The position numbers were made by a program, and so were the translations under genes. From a bacterium (GTDB taxonomy: Bacteria; UBA8248), in contig OY843592.1 of the NCBI GenBank assembly GCA_963692865.2, positions 3,040,001 to 3,104,000 on the forward strand: a stretch of DNA of 64,000 nt, given 5' to 3'. The notes under the pieces were generated by a model. It was not told the origin of the DNA. It did not search any database and was given only the letters and a program-made list of their open reading frames with translations. Positions 1-9,978 of the stretch are shown here, in pieces (the first letter of the stretch is position 1; each line of letters opens with the position of its first letter).

Positions 1-779
1 CTCTCCACCGCCGGACCCGACAAAACCGCGTGCGTGCAGCATGCGTATACCTGCCGCGCGCCGGCCGCCATGAGCGCATCCGCACCCTGGCTCATGGTGC
101 CCGCCGTGTCGCAAAGATCGTCCACGACAAGGACATCGCATCCTTTCACGTCGCCGATGATGTTCATCACTTCGGAGTGGTTCGCCCGCTCGCGGCGCTT
201 GTCGATGATGCCCAGGCCCGCGTTCAGCCTTCGCGCATAATCCCGGGCCCTCTCCACGCCCCCGGCGTCGGGCGAGACAACCACGAGATCCTTCAACTCC
301 TTCTTCTTGAAATACTCAATCATGATGGGCGCCGAATAGAGATGGTCCACAGGAATATCGAAAAACCCCTGTATCTGGCCCGCATGCAAATCCATAGCGA
401 TGACCCTGTCCGCACCCGAGGCGGCCAGCAGGTTCGCCACGAGCTTCGCGGTAATCGGCACCCGGGGCTGCACCTTCCGGTCCTGGCGGGCGTATGCGAA
501 ATAAGGAATCACCGCCGTGATGCGTTCGGCGGACGAGCGCCGGAACGCATCGAGCATGATTAGCATTTCCATCAGGTTCGCGTTCCCGGGGGTGCACAGA
601 CTCTGCACGGCGAACACGTCCGCGCCCCGGATGTTCTCGTTTATTCGGACAAATGTTTCTCCATCGCTGAAATCGATGATTTCCACCGAGCCGGGCCGGA
701 TGTACAAAGACTCAAAAATACTCTGGTTCAGCGCCGGATTCGAGCGCCCGCCGAAAACCTTTAGCTGATGTCCGTTCAC
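1..779 (-). CDS. prs: Ribose-phosphate pyrophosphokinase (runs off the window start)
   Basis: Not in the ORF track because it is truncated. Manual minus-strand translation from GTG at 779 gives MNGHQLKVFGGRSNP...FSDGETFVRINENIRGADVF...YFAYARQDRK...DLHAGQIQGFF...VSPDAGG...VDDLCDTAGT. Confidence 0.95.
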   Translation of the reverse strand, partial: MNGHQLKVFGGRSNPALNQSIFESLYIRPGSVEIIDFSDGETFVRINENIRGADVFAVQSLCTPGNANLMEMLIMLDAFRRSSAERITAVIPYFAYARQDRKVQPRVPITAKLVANLLAASGADRVIAMDLHAGQIQGFFDIPVDHLYSAPIMIEYFKKKELKDLVVVSPDAGGVERARDYARRLNAGLGIIDKRRERANHSEVMNIIGDVKGCDVLVVDDLCDTAGTMSQGADALMAAGARQVYACCTHAVLSGPAVE

Positions 780-922
780 CGTTCCTGCTCACAAGTATTG
801 TTCATTCAATCACAAGGGGCGATTTTTGATACTTGATTTTCAAGGCGGAGGCAAGTGGTGAGAGGCGAAATTCTCTCCATTTCCCATTTTTTCAGAAATT
901 TTATCTCGTTTTTCGATTTTTT

Positions 923-1822
923 TTACTGGAAGCACATCTCCCGGAGCGGTTTCGTGAGAAAATATTCGCATTCCTTTCCCTTTTCGCTCTCCTTGATGCG
1001 GATAGCCGCCCGCTCGGCTTCCCCTTTTCGGCGAAAAAAACCGAAAACCGTCGAGCCGCTGCCGCTCATCATGGCCCTCACGGCGCCATGCCGAACGAGT
1101 TCTCCGCACAGACCCGCAAGCTCCGGATATCTCGGAAAAACGATTTTCTCCAAATCATTGCCGTATTCATACCGCCCGAGGCGCGCCGGGCCGTTTCTCT
1201 CCTCAAAATTCTCTTCAAAATTTCGTCCCTCCCGGCCCAGTTCTTCACGGGACCGGCCATAAACGTCCTGCGTGGACAAGGCTACGGGCGGCTTGACCAG
1301 CAGGAACCAGCCGCTCCTCAAGGCCTCTTTCGCCTCGACCCGCTCACCCCGCCCCCGGCACACCGCCGCCGGCCCATGGAGGAAGAACGGGACATCCGAA
1401 CCGACCCGCGCGGCCACCTCGCAAAGCTCCCTTCTGCGCATTCCGAGGCTCCAGGCCCGGTTCAGCGCCCAGAGCGCTCCCGCCGCGTTGCCGCTCCCCC
1501 CACCGAGGCCTGCGCCCGCGGGGATGTTTTTTTTCAAATAGATGCGCGCGCCGAGCGCTTTGCGCCCTGACGCCTCGCGCAAGGCGCTCGCCGCGCGATA
1601 TACGATGTTCTCTCTGCCGCCGGGAACGTCATTCCGATTCGCATACACGAGAATCCTCTCGCCGCCCGGCTCGACCCGAACCTCGTCATACAGCGATATC
1701 TGCTGCATCCAGGTGATGAGTTCGTGATAACCGTCGGCGCGCAGACCCAGAATCCTCAGGCATAGATTGATTTTCGCCGGTGTCTTCAAAATCAGGTGCC
1801 GGGAAGCGTCTTTGGCGCTCAT
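923..1822 (-). CDS. ispE: 4-diphosphocytidyl-2-C-methyl-D-erythritol kinase
   Basis: PAKINLCL, GYHEL, KNIPAGAGLGGGSGNAA, GSDVPFF and MSGSGSTVF motifs; start reassigned to ATG 1822; upstream of prs. Confidence 0.95.
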   Translation of the reverse strand: MSAKDASRHLILKTPAKINLCLRILGLRADGYHELITWMQQISLYDEVRVEPGGERILVYANRNDVPGGRENIVYRAASALREASGRKALGARIYLKKNIPAGAGLGGGSGNAAGALWALNRAWSLGMRRRELCEVAARVGSDVPFFLHGPAAVCRGRGERVEAKEALRSGWFLLVKPPVALSTQDVYGRSREELGREGRNFEENFEERNGPARLGRYEYGNDLEKIVFPRYPELAGLCGELVRHGAVRAMMSGSGSTVFGFFRRKGEAERAAIRIKESEKGKECEYFLTKPLREMCFQ

Positions 1823-1829
1823 GAAGCGG

Positions 1830-2669
1830 CTATCCTCCCAGCCACAGCGTCCTCGCGCCCCGGGGCGGGTCGAGGCGGAACAACTCGTCGGGAAGCGCTT
1901 CGTCCACCGCGCCCTCATCGGCGGGATAGGAGATGCGGAGACGATTCTTCCCGCCGGCTCCCAGGATCTCCACCTGCGAGGGCCGCCATGTTTCTCCCGT
2001 TTTGACGAACTCGCCGTAGCGAACCAGTACCGCCCCCCGCCCCGTGCGAATTTCCATTTTCACGGGATGGAAATCCCGAGGCTCCAGTTCGACATAACCC
2101 GAAACCACCCCCTCGGGGCCCCTCCTCGTTTCGAGCGCATAGACAGCGCCCGGCTCTTTCAGTTCGAGATTTTCCTCGCCCCCCAGCGCAACCGCCCAGT
2201 CTCCCAGCAGCAGCTTGATGAAAATTTCGCCATCCAGCGGGATCCCCAAAATCCGCTCGATTCCCCGCCTGTTCGTCCTGCCCATGTAAACGGCGTTGCG
2301 CGAGGAGGAATAGGCGCGAAGCAGGCCGCCCTGGGCGGCCACGACCACCAGGGGCGTGCCGAATGGCGAGAGAGGCTCTATCCGCAGCGAGTCGGGCTCC
2401 TGCAGCACGAGCGCCGCTTGGCCGGAAAACGAACCCTCGGGGATCAGGTGGGGAGCGGGTCCCGCTTCCGCCCGGGCGCTGTGAAAGCGCAACTGCATGA
2501 ATACCGCGCCCCGGTACGCGCGGGGATACCGCCTCGCCTTGAGTTTGGCGATGATTTCCGCCCTGGAGGCATCGAGCGGCGGGGCCGGCCCGATCGGCCC
2601 GATTCGAAGGAGCGCGCAACCGGCCAGGGCGCAGCAAGACACCGCCAGACAAAGACGCAAGGTACGCAA
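1830..2669 (-). CDS. Lipoprotein, LolB/DUF4292-like
   Basis: Lipobox ALAGC; segment PDSLRIEPLSPFGTP; occupies the TPR-lolB-ispE-prs position. Confidence 0.6.
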   Translation of the reverse strand: MRTLRLCLAVSCCALAGCALLRIGPIGPAPPLDASRAEIIAKLKARRYPRAYRGAVFMQLRFHSARAEAGPAPHLIPEGSFSGQAALVLQEPDSLRIEPLSPFGTPLVVVAAQGGLLRAYSSSRNAVYMGRTNRRGIERILGIPLDGEIFIKLLLGDWAVALGGEENLELKEPGAVYALETRRGPEGVVSGYVELEPRDFHPVKMEIRTGRGAVLVRYGEFVKTGETWRPSQVEILGAGGKNRLRISYPADEGAVDEALPDELFRLDPPRGARTLWLGG

Positions 2670-2754
2670 GAATCAAGCATCCCCGGTGAGAGAAGTCGAA
2701 AAAATCCCGGCGAGAACCAACGGGCGCGGCCAAATGCTCCAAGAATCCGATACC

Positions 2755-4494
2755 CTACATGAGGGGCTTTCCCCCTTTCGGGAGGTGCGTTTGAATCTTC
2801 AGTTTCAGTTTTTCGTTTTTCGGATCCGCCTCGGAGGCGCGCTTCCAATGCAGAAGCGCCTTTTCCACATCATGCATGGCGAGATATATGTCGCCCAGGT
2901 GTTCGAGAATGACGGCGTCTTTGGGCATCTTCGTCGCCGCGTGCCGCACCTTCACGAGCGCTTCCCGAAAGCGGCCCTGGCGGTAATAAACCCACCCGAT
3001 GCTGTCGAGGAAAGCGGCGTTTTCCGGCTCAATCGCCAAGGCGCGGTCCAGGAGTTTTTCCGCCTCATTGAGGTTCTTGTCGAGTTCGGAGAACATATAG
3101 CCCAGCAAGTTCAGGGCGTTGGCGTGTTTGGGATTTTTCTGAATGATCTTCCGCGCCGACCGCTCCACGTCGTCCCAGCGTTTGAGTTCATAAAACGCCG
3201 AAGCGAGAGAATACCAATAACCCTCCCGGTCGGGGCTTGAGCTGACCGCCCGTTGAAGATAAGGCAACGCTTCGGCGAATTTCTTTTGCCGAGAGAGCGC
3301 CAAGCCGCGCGTATAATGCACCCGACCCTCATCGGGATGGCGCTTCTCGGCCTTATCCAAAACCTCCGCCGCCTTCTTCCACTTTTTCTGGTCGACGTAC
3401 AGCCAGGCGAGCTGGATGTGCCCGTCCAGCGACCTGGGCGAGAGCGACAACAATTCGAGGAGTTCCTCCTCGGCGCGCTCGTATTGCTTGAGTTCTTCGT
3501 AAATCCTCGCCACGTACTTGCGGACCATCTCGTCTTTCGGGTTTCTCGCCAGGACGAACCGAAACTCCCGAAGCGCGTCCTGGTACTCTCTCTGATCGAA
3601 ATTCAAAAAACCGAGGGTTCGGTGCACGCTCACGTTGTCGGGCTCCTCCGAACCGAGCGCTTTGAATTCCTCCAGAGCCTGCTTCATATTCTTCTTTCGG
3701 ATATAGAGTTGCCCCAGGCGAGAGCGAATGAGACGGTTGCCGGGTTCGACTTTTTGCGCCTTCTTGTAGGTCGCTTCCGCATCCTCGAATTTCTCCTGCG
3801 CCTCGTAAATTCTGGCCAGCAGGAGCATTCCCCGCGTGAATTTCGGTTCTCTTTCGAGGAGACGGAAAATTTCCTTCTCCGCCTCGTCGTATCTTTTCAG
3901 GCCCGCATAGGCCTGCGCCAGATGATACCTGCCGAGCAGGGGCCTTCTCCCCGACTCGACGAGGCTCTCCAGCGTCTCGGCGGCTTCGGCGTACTTGCGC
4001 AAATCGAGGTAGACGCTGCCCAGGAGCAGGCGCGTTTCCTGGTGCCCGGGACTCAGCTTCAGCAACGCGACGTAAGTGGCGGCGGCTTTCTCCAGCTTCG
4101 TCCGCGAAGCGTATATGCCCCCCAGGACGAAGTGGGCCTCGAGGTTCCTCGCGTCTTGCTTCGTCGCCTGGAGGGCGAATTTTTCGGCCTCGGCCAGTTT
4201 CCCCCGGCGGACGAGAAGCGACGCCAGGCGGGTCGACAAGAACGAGGAGTCCGGGTTGTTCTCGACCGCCTGCAAATAGGACGACTCCGCTTCCGCGAGG
4301 TTTCCGGCCAACTCTTCCCGGTATCCGGCGATGAAATGGAAATAGGACTTTGACGCTTCCTTTATCTTCTCGGAAAGCGGACTGAGCTTGGCCACGGGCG
4401 CAGGCGGGGCGGGCTTCACCTCGGGTTCGAGCGGTACGCATCCCGCCAGGATCAGGACAAGGGGCAATATCGACTTGACGTAGAATTTCATCAT
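2755..4494 (-). CDS. TPR-repeat lipoprotein
   Basis: Lipobox ILAGC; many TPR units; C-terminal ALNLLGY...DSIGWVYY...ILEHLGD typical of the TPR gene upstream of lolB/ispE. Confidence 0.85.
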   Translation of the reverse strand: MMKFYVKSILPLVLILAGCVPLEPEVKPAPPAPVAKLSPLSEKIKEASKSYFHFIAGYREELAGNLAEAESSYLQAVENNPDSSFLSTRLASLLVRRGKLAEAEKFALQATKQDARNLEAHFVLGGIYASRTKLEKAAATYVALLKLSPGHQETRLLLGSVYLDLRKYAEAAETLESLVESGRRPLLGRYHLAQAYAGLKRYDEAEKEIFRLLEREPKFTRGMLLLARIYEAQEKFEDAEATYKKAQKVEPGNRLIRSRLGQLYIRKKNMKQALEEFKALGSEEPDNVSVHRTLGFLNFDQREYQDALREFRFVLARNPKDEMVRKYVARIYEELKQYERAEEELLELLSLSPRSLDGHIQLAWLYVDQKKWKKAAEVLDKAEKRHPDEGRVHYTRGLALSRQKKFAEALPYLQRAVSSSPDREGYWYSLASAFYELKRWDDVERSARKIIQKNPKHANALNLLGYMFSELDKNLNEAEKLLDRALAIEPENAAFLDSIGWVYYRQGRFREALVKVRHAATKMPKDAVILEHLGDIYLAMHDVEKALLHWKRASEADPKNEKLKLKIQTHLPKGGKPLM

Positions 4495-4534
4495 CGAATG
4501 CGGCCTCTCCAGCAGTTGTTCACGCCGGATACTA

Positions 4535-5041
4535 TCACAATCGGGAATCTCCGCGCGCGCGAATGTGGTGAATCAGTTTCTTCGCGGCGCGGCGTAACTG
4601 CTCGTCCCCCACCTCGGCGATGGCGTCCTCTATGGCGGCGCCATCACCGGAGGAAATCGGCGCCGCCTTCCGCGAAGGCACAGCCGGCTCGGCCTCTTCG
4701 CCATCATCATCGAACATCAGGCCTGCGTTCGAGAGCCGGAAGCGAATCTCGTCGATGCGGGAATCCTCCATATGCTCGTTGATTCTCGCCAGCAGATCCT
4801 GCTTCCTGAACTCGAGTTCGTACAGCCAGCTCGAATCCGCCACTTCCACATAGAGACAATTGTTCTTGAGAGACACCGGACGCGCCGCGCGGGAGATGCC
4901 CTCGCCCACGGCCCTCGGCCAGACGCGGAACACGAAATTCATAGCCAGCCGTCTGCCCCACGGCTCTTTTCGGCGCATTTCCCGCAGGATGGAAGCGAAT
5001 TTCCTGGGTTTCGAAAAAGAAGGCTTACTCACTCGCAACAT
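4535..5041 (-). CDS. DUF721/DciA-family protein
   Basis: WPRAVGEGI...P..LKNNCLYVEVADSSWLYEL.F.K.DLLARIN pattern. Confidence 0.75.
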   Translation of the reverse strand: MLRVSKPSFSKPRKFASILREMRRKEPWGRRLAMNFVFRVWPRAVGEGISRAARPVSLKNNCLYVEVADSSWLYELEFRKQDLLARINEHMEDSRIDEIRFRLSNAGLMFDDDGEEAEPAVPSRKAAPISSGDGAAIEDAIAEVGDEQLRRAAKKLIHHIRARGDSRL

Positions 5042-5723
5042 CCTTTATATCAACAGCTTCGGGGATTTCGTCGCTTCTGAGTTCCCCTATCGTCGTCATC
5101 ACGCGATCGATGATCTTCCGGCTCGCCTCCTTCGTGTTGACGATTGTATATTCATCGCTCAAATCCATCGGCGCGCCGAAGCGTATCTCGACCCTCGTTC
5201 CCGGGCGCGGGATGATCTTGCCCACCGGAATCACCCGGTCCGTCCCCTTCACGGAGACGGGGACGACCGTCGGCGTGGTGTTCCTCACGATCCTGCCCAC
5301 CATCCGGTTTCCCTGCAGGAGCCTTCCGTCGCGGCTCCGCGTGCCCTCGGGGTAGAGGATCACTTTGCCTTCTCTGATGTATTCCTCGATCATGCGGATG
5401 GACTTCCTGTCCGCTCCGCCGCGTTTGATGGGGAAACCCCGCCATTTGCGCAAAATCCAGCCCACGACGGGGATGTCGAAAAGCTCTTCCTTCCCCGCCT
5501 GGCGAAGCAGTTCTTCGGGATATTTCAAATAGACGGCCCAGGGTATCACCAGGACGTCGAGGGCGGAGATGTGATTGCTCAGGAACAGGACGCTCCCCCC
5601 CGGCGGGATGTTTTCCATCCCGGTGATTTTCATTTTCGTGAACAGGCGCACCAGAAGACCCACGAAGCCGCGTCCCAGCCTTATCATCACCCGCTCGCTC
5701 AATGGACCCGTACCGGCGATCAA
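5025..5723 (-). CDS. 1-acyl-sn-glycerol-3-phosphate acyltransferase family (PlsC-like)
   Basis: NHISALD (HX4D) and YPEGTRS motifs. Confidence 0.9.
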   Translation of the reverse strand: MIAGTGPLSERVMIRLGRGFVGLLVRLFTKMKITGMENIPPGGSVLFLSNHISALDVLVIPWAVYLKYPEELLRQAGKEELFDIPVVGWILRKWRGFPIKRGGADRKSIRMIEEYIREGKVILYPEGTRSRDGRLLQGNRMVGRIVRNTTPTVVPVSVKGTDRVIPVGKIIPRPGTRVEIRFGAPMDLSDEYTIVNTKEASRKIIDRVMTTIGELRSDEIPEAVDIKDVASE

Positions 5724-5835
5724 CTCGAAACTCCCCCATCGTATAAAACTGAAAAATCACTGAATTTCATGGTTTTCAACAGCCGAACCACCCAGTAGGC
5801 GTAGAGCGCAACTGCGCAGGGGCGAACGAAGCGGC

Positions 5836-5865
5836 ATTATACCCTCCCACGATGGAGAATGACAC
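5836..5865 (-). promoter_or_regulatory. Putative sigma70 promoter for the acyltransferase-DUF721-TPR gene run
   Basis: Minus strand GTGTCA-N18-TATAAT; perfect -10 at 5836-5841. Confidence 0.4.
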
Positions 5866-5886
5866 AAGGCGGGTTCAAAAACGAGG

Positions 5887-5915
5887 TTGCCCGGCGAAGA
5901 AGGGGGTGCAATAAT
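5887..5915 (+). promoter_or_regulatory. Putative sigma70 promoter for the PMM/PGM operon
   Basis: TTGCCC-N17-AATAAT with TG just upstream of the -10. Confidence 0.35.
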
Positions 5916-5964
5916 TCGCGCGCCTTGCAAAGATACGACCATTCGCCCGGAAGGGGAGTTTCGC

Positions 5965-7344
5965 GTGCCAGGCATCAACCCGCTGATCTTCAGGGAATAC
6001 GACATCCGCGGCGTAGTCGGAAAAGACCTCACGGCCGAGGTCGTCGAGACCATCGGCGGTGCGCTCGGAACGCACCTGGGCGGCGCGGGGGGAGCCGCCG
6101 TCGCCGTCGGGCGGGACAACCGCTTCTCCTCCCCTGATTTCTACGAGGCGCTCCGAAAAGGCCTCACTGCGTCCGGCTGCCGCGTGGTCGGGGTCGGCAT
6201 GGCGCCCACCCCGGTGGTCTCCTTCGCGACGCACCACCTGGACGTGGCGGGGGCGGTGCAGATCACTGGCTCTCACAACCCGCCGGAATTCAACGGCTTC
6301 AAAATCACCCGGGGGCGCGAGGCGATCCACGGCTCGGAAATCCAGGAGATACGGAAAATCATCGAGGAGGGCCGTATCCACCGGGCCGAGACGCGGGGCG
6401 CGTTCGAGGAGGTCGACATCAGGCACAGGTACATCGAGCGGGCGTCCAAGGATCTCGCGCTCTCGCGGCCCATGAAGGTCGTGGTGGATGCGGGGAACGG
6501 CGTCGGCGGCACGGTGGCGCCCCAGGTGCTGAAAAGAATCGGCGCCGAAGTGGTGGAGCTCTTCACCGAACCGGACGCCTCCTATCCGAATCACCACCCC
6601 GACCCCACGGTGCCCGAAAATCTCGAATCCCTGATAGCGAAGGTTCGCGAGACGGGCGCGGAGGTTGGTATCGGCTTGGACGGCGACGGCGACCGCATCG
6701 GCGCGGTGGACGCCACGGGCAGGATCATCTGGGGGGACGAGCTGCTCATGCTGCTCGCCGCGCCCATTCTGGCGCGTAGCCCCGGTGAGGCCATCGTCTT
6801 CGACGTGAAATGCTCATCGCGCCTGGCCGACGCCGTGAAGCGGATGGGCGGGCGTCCGGTGATGAGCGCGACGGGGCACTCGCTCGTACGCGCCAAGATA
6901 GTGGAGGAGAAGGCGCCTTTGGGCGGCGAGCTTTCGGGCCACATCTTCTTCGTGGACGGCTATCTGGGCTATGACGACGCCATCTACACCGCAGCCAGAC
7001 TCCTGCATCTTCTATGCGACTCGGGGGAAACGCTCGCCGAGCGGGTATCTGAAATCCCCATCTCGGTCTCGACGCCCGAGATCAGGGTCGCCTGCCCGGA
7101 TGAGGAGAAATTCCAGATCGTGGGAGACTTAAAGAATCACTTCAGGAATCTATACGAAACCATTGAAGTAGATGGCGCTCGCATCAATTTCGAGAAAGGC
7201 TGGGGCCTCATTCGCGCCTCGAACACCCAGCCAGTACTCGTCATGCGCTTCGAGGCGCTCGATGAACCCTCCCTGCGCGCGTACCAGAGCGAAGTATACG
7301 AAGAGATAAAAAAATACCCCGCCGTCTCCCTGCCGGATGCGTAG
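5965..7344 (+). CDS. Phosphomannomutase/phosphoglucomutase (AlgC-like)
   Basis: IFREYDIRG, TGSHNP (phospho-Ser), DGDGDR and GELSGH motifs; GTG start at 5965 after GGGGAG. Confidence 0.95.
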   Translation: MPGINPLIFREYDIRGVVGKDLTAEVVETIGGALGTHLGGAGGAAVAVGRDNRFSSPDFYEALRKGLTASGCRVVGVGMAPTPVVSFATHHLDVAGAVQITGSHNPPEFNGFKITRGREAIHGSEIQEIRKIIEEGRIHRAETRGAFEEVDIRHRYIERASKDLALSRPMKVVVDAGNGVGGTVAPQVLKRIGAEVVELFTEPDASYPNHHPDPTVPENLESLIAKVRETGAEVGIGLDGDGDRIGAVDATGRIIWGDELLMLLAAPILARSPGEAIVFDVKCSSRLADAVKRMGGRPVMSATGHSLVRAKIVEEKAPLGGELSGHIFFVDGYLGYDDAIYTAARLLHLLCDSGETLAERVSEIPISVSTPEIRVACPDEEKFQIVGDLKNHFRNLYETIEVDGARINFEKGWGLIRASNTQPVLVMRFEALDEPSLRAYQSEVYEEIKKYPAVSLPDA

Positions 7345-7924
7345 ACTCCGCGCGCTCTACGAGTGGGTGCTGAGCTGGGCGGATTCGCGCTACGCCCTGC
7401 CCGCCCTCATCGTCGTATCGACGACAGAATCCGTCTTCTTTCCCATACCGCCGGACCCGCTTCTGATGGCGCTGGCCCTCGCCAGGCCGCAAAGAGCGTA
7501 TCTCTACGCCGCCGTCTGCTCGGCGGCCTCCGTTCTGGGCGGGGCGCTGGGCTACTTAATCGGCTTTTATTTGCTTCAAAGCGTCGGCGAGCCCATCATC
7601 GCGTTCTACGGCGTGGCGGATAAATACCAGATCGTTCAGGAATACTATCGCGCCTATGACGCCTGGGCGGTGGGCATCGCGGGCTTCACGCCAATCCCCT
7701 ATAAAGTGTTCACGATTTCGGCGGGCGCGTTCGAGATCAATTTTCTCGTTTTCCTCATCGCGTCTATCGTGAGCCGCTCGGCGCGTTTTTTCATCGAGGC
7801 CGCGCTCATCCACCGCTTCGGCCCGCCGATACGAAGTTTCATCGATCGCCGCTTTAATTTATTGACCATCCTCTTTATCGTATTGCTTTTGGGCGGTTTT
7901 CTCCTGTTCAAAGGATTCTTCTAA
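7337..7924 (+). CDS. YqaA/DedA (VTT) family membrane protein
   Basis: ESVFFPIPPDPLL and GFTPIPYKVFTISAG motifs; several TM segments. Confidence 0.85.
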   Translation: MRRLRALYEWVLSWADSRYALPALIVVSTTESVFFPIPPDPLLMALALARPQRAYLYAAVCSAASVLGGALGYLIGFYLLQSVGEPIIAFYGVADKYQIVQEYYRAYDAWAVGIAGFTPIPYKVFTISAGAFEINFLVFLIASIVSRSARFFIEAALIHRFGPPIRSFIDRRFNLLTILFIVLLLGGFLLFKGFF

Positions 7925-9039
7925 TGGCCGGACGCGGCGCGCCCCCCTTGTGGGCGGTCATCATGGCGGGAGGCTCGGGGACGCGCTTCTGGCCCGTGAG
8001 CAGAAAATCGAAACCCAAGCAATTCCTGCCGCCCGGCGGGGGGATTCCTCCCAAAAACGCCGGCCCATCGCTGCTGGAACTCACACTCAAGCGCGCTCGC
8101 GGCCTGGCGCCCCCCGAGCGGACGCTCGTCATGGCCTCGGCGGCGCACCGGAAATTTCTGAGAAATCTCGATATCCCCAAAGGCAACGTCGTCCGTGAAC
8201 CCGCGTCGAAAAACACCGCGCCCTGCCTCGGGCTGGCCGCCCGCATCATCGAATCGAGGGAGCCGGGCGCGCTCATATGCGCCGTGCCCGCGGACCAGTT
8301 CATCGGAAAAACGAGAGCGTTCCGAAAACTCGTCAAGGCGGGAGCGCGTCTGGCGCGTGAGCATGGAGCCATCGTCTCGCTCGGTGTACCGCCCCGCTCA
8401 ACCGAGACCGGATACGGCTACATCGAGTGCGGCGCGCGCATCACGCCTCCAAGCGAAATCGAGGCGTTCCGCGCCAAGAGGTTCAGGGAAAAACCACCGC
8501 TCGCACAGGCCAAAAGGTACGCGGCTTCCGGGAAACATTTCTGGAACAGCGGCATTTTTATCTCACAGGCCGCTCACCTAATTGAAGAGCTAAAGGCCCA
8601 CTCGCCCCGCCTGAGCGCGCTCCTAGACCGCACAGCATCCGCGTTTGATAAGCGCGACGCCGCTACATTCTCGAAATTATGGGAGAAGTGCGAATCCATC
8701 AGCATCGACTACGCGGTGATGGAGCGAACGCGCCGCTTAATCGTCCTGCCCGCCGATGTCGGCTGGAGCGATCTGGGCACGTGGCCGGCCCTTCGAGGCG
8801 TCCTGCCGCGCGATGAAGCAGGCAACGTCTGGATACTGCCCAGGGGGGGCAAGACCGAGTCCATCGACGCGAAGAACCTCATCGTCCGCTCGAACAAGAA
8901 ACTCGTCGCCGCAGTCGGGGTAGAAGACCTCATCGTCGTCGAGACGGACGACGCGCTCCTCATCTGTTCGGTTGAGAGCGCGGAAAAAATCGGCGAGATA
9001 GTGAAAAATCTTGGGCGTGGCAACGCCAGATATCTATGA
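7924..9039 (+). CDS. manC: Mannose-1-phosphate guanylyltransferase
   Basis: MAGGSGTRFWPVSR...PKQFL, TGYGYI, FREKP, WNSGIF, SIDYAVME and WSDLG motifs. Confidence 0.93.
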   Translation: MAGRGAPPLWAVIMAGGSGTRFWPVSRKSKPKQFLPPGGGIPPKNAGPSLLELTLKRARGLAPPERTLVMASAAHRKFLRNLDIPKGNVVREPASKNTAPCLGLAARIIESREPGALICAVPADQFIGKTRAFRKLVKAGARLAREHGAIVSLGVPPRSTETGYGYIECGARITPPSEIEAFRAKRFREKPPLAQAKRYAASGKHFWNSGIFISQAAHLIEELKAHSPRLSALLDRTASAFDKRDAATFSKLWEKCESISIDYAVMERTRRLIVLPADVGWSDLGTWPALRGVLPRDEAGNVWILPRGGKTESIDAKNLIVRSNKKLVAAVGVEDLIVVETDDALLICSVESAEKIGEIVKNLGRGNARYL

Positions 9040-9061
9040 ACCGTCCACCGGAAGATTGAGC

Positions 9062-9868
9062 ATGCTCTGGGAACACGCCCTCATTCTCGGCGTCCTCCAA
9101 GGCCTCACTGAATTTCTGCCGGTGAGCAGCTCGGGACACCTCGTTCTGGGCCAGAGCATTCTGGGGCTGAAAGAACCCGAGTTGCTCTTCGACGTCCTGC
9201 TCCACGTCGGCACGCTCGCCGCCGTAATCGTCTTTTACGGAAAAGATATCCGGCGCATCGCCTGGGGCTGGTGCTCTTCCCTGTTGGGCAAGGATTCGGG
9301 CGACGGCGCGGCCAGAACCGGCTGGCTCTTGATTCTAGGATCCATCCCTGCGGGAATTGTGGGCGTTTTTCTGGGCGATCTGGTCGAGCAGATGTTCGCC
9401 TCCCCCAAGCTCGCCGCCTGCGCGCTGCTCGGGACGGGCGGTATTTTAAGCCTGAGCGAACCCCGAAAGGGCGGGGGCCGGGAGGAAGCGCAGATGACGG
9501 CCAAAGACGCCCTCATCATCGGCCTCTTTCAGGCGTTCGCCATCGTTCCGGGCATCTCGCGCTCGGGAGCGACCATCGCCGCCGCCCTCATGCGCGGCGT
9601 GGCGCGCGAGCAGGCCGCGCGCTTCAGCTTCCTGCTGTCCGTGCCAGCGATTCTGGGCGCATTCGCACTCAAGATAAAAGATTTGGAAGGCCCTTTAGGC
9701 GCCAGGCTGCTCCCATACGCCGTCGGGGCGCTCGCCGCGGCTATCGTGGGAACACTCGCCTTGGGCTGGCTCATCCGGCTCGTGCGGGGCGGCAATCTGG
9801 CGCGTTTTCGCTACTACTGCTGGGGCGCGGGCTCAGTGGCCCTCATCTACCTGTTCGCTTCGGGATAG
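9062..9868 (+). CDS. uppP: Undecaprenyl-diphosphate phosphatase (BacA)
   Basis: QGLTEFLPVSSSGHL and PGISRSGATI motifs; ATG at 9062. Confidence 0.95.
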   Translation: MLWEHALILGVLQGLTEFLPVSSSGHLVLGQSILGLKEPELLFDVLLHVGTLAAVIVFYGKDIRRIAWGWCSSLLGKDSGDGAARTGWLLILGSIPAGIVGVFLGDLVEQMFASPKLAACALLGTGGILSLSEPRKGGGREEAQMTAKDALIIGLFQAFAIVPGISRSGATIAAALMRGVAREQAARFSFLLSVPAILGAFALKIKDLEGPLGARLLPYAVGALAAAIVGTLALGWLIRLVRGGNLARFRYYCWGAGSVALIYLFASG

Positions 9869-9874
9869 CGCGCT

Positions 9875-9967
9875 TCGGACAGGCACGGGGGCCTGTCCCT
9901 ACGGGCCCACCCTCCCGGGTCGGCTTCATACCACAAATCACGAAGCCAGGACTTTTTCAACAACCCC
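9875..9967. repeat. REP-like hairpin plus IS-like end motif
   Basis: GGACAGGCACGGGGGCCTGTCCCTAC and GACTTTTTCAACAACCCC; a related inverted segment lies at 36165-36256. Confidence 0.7.
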
Positions 9968-9978
9968 GCGCGCTTCGC

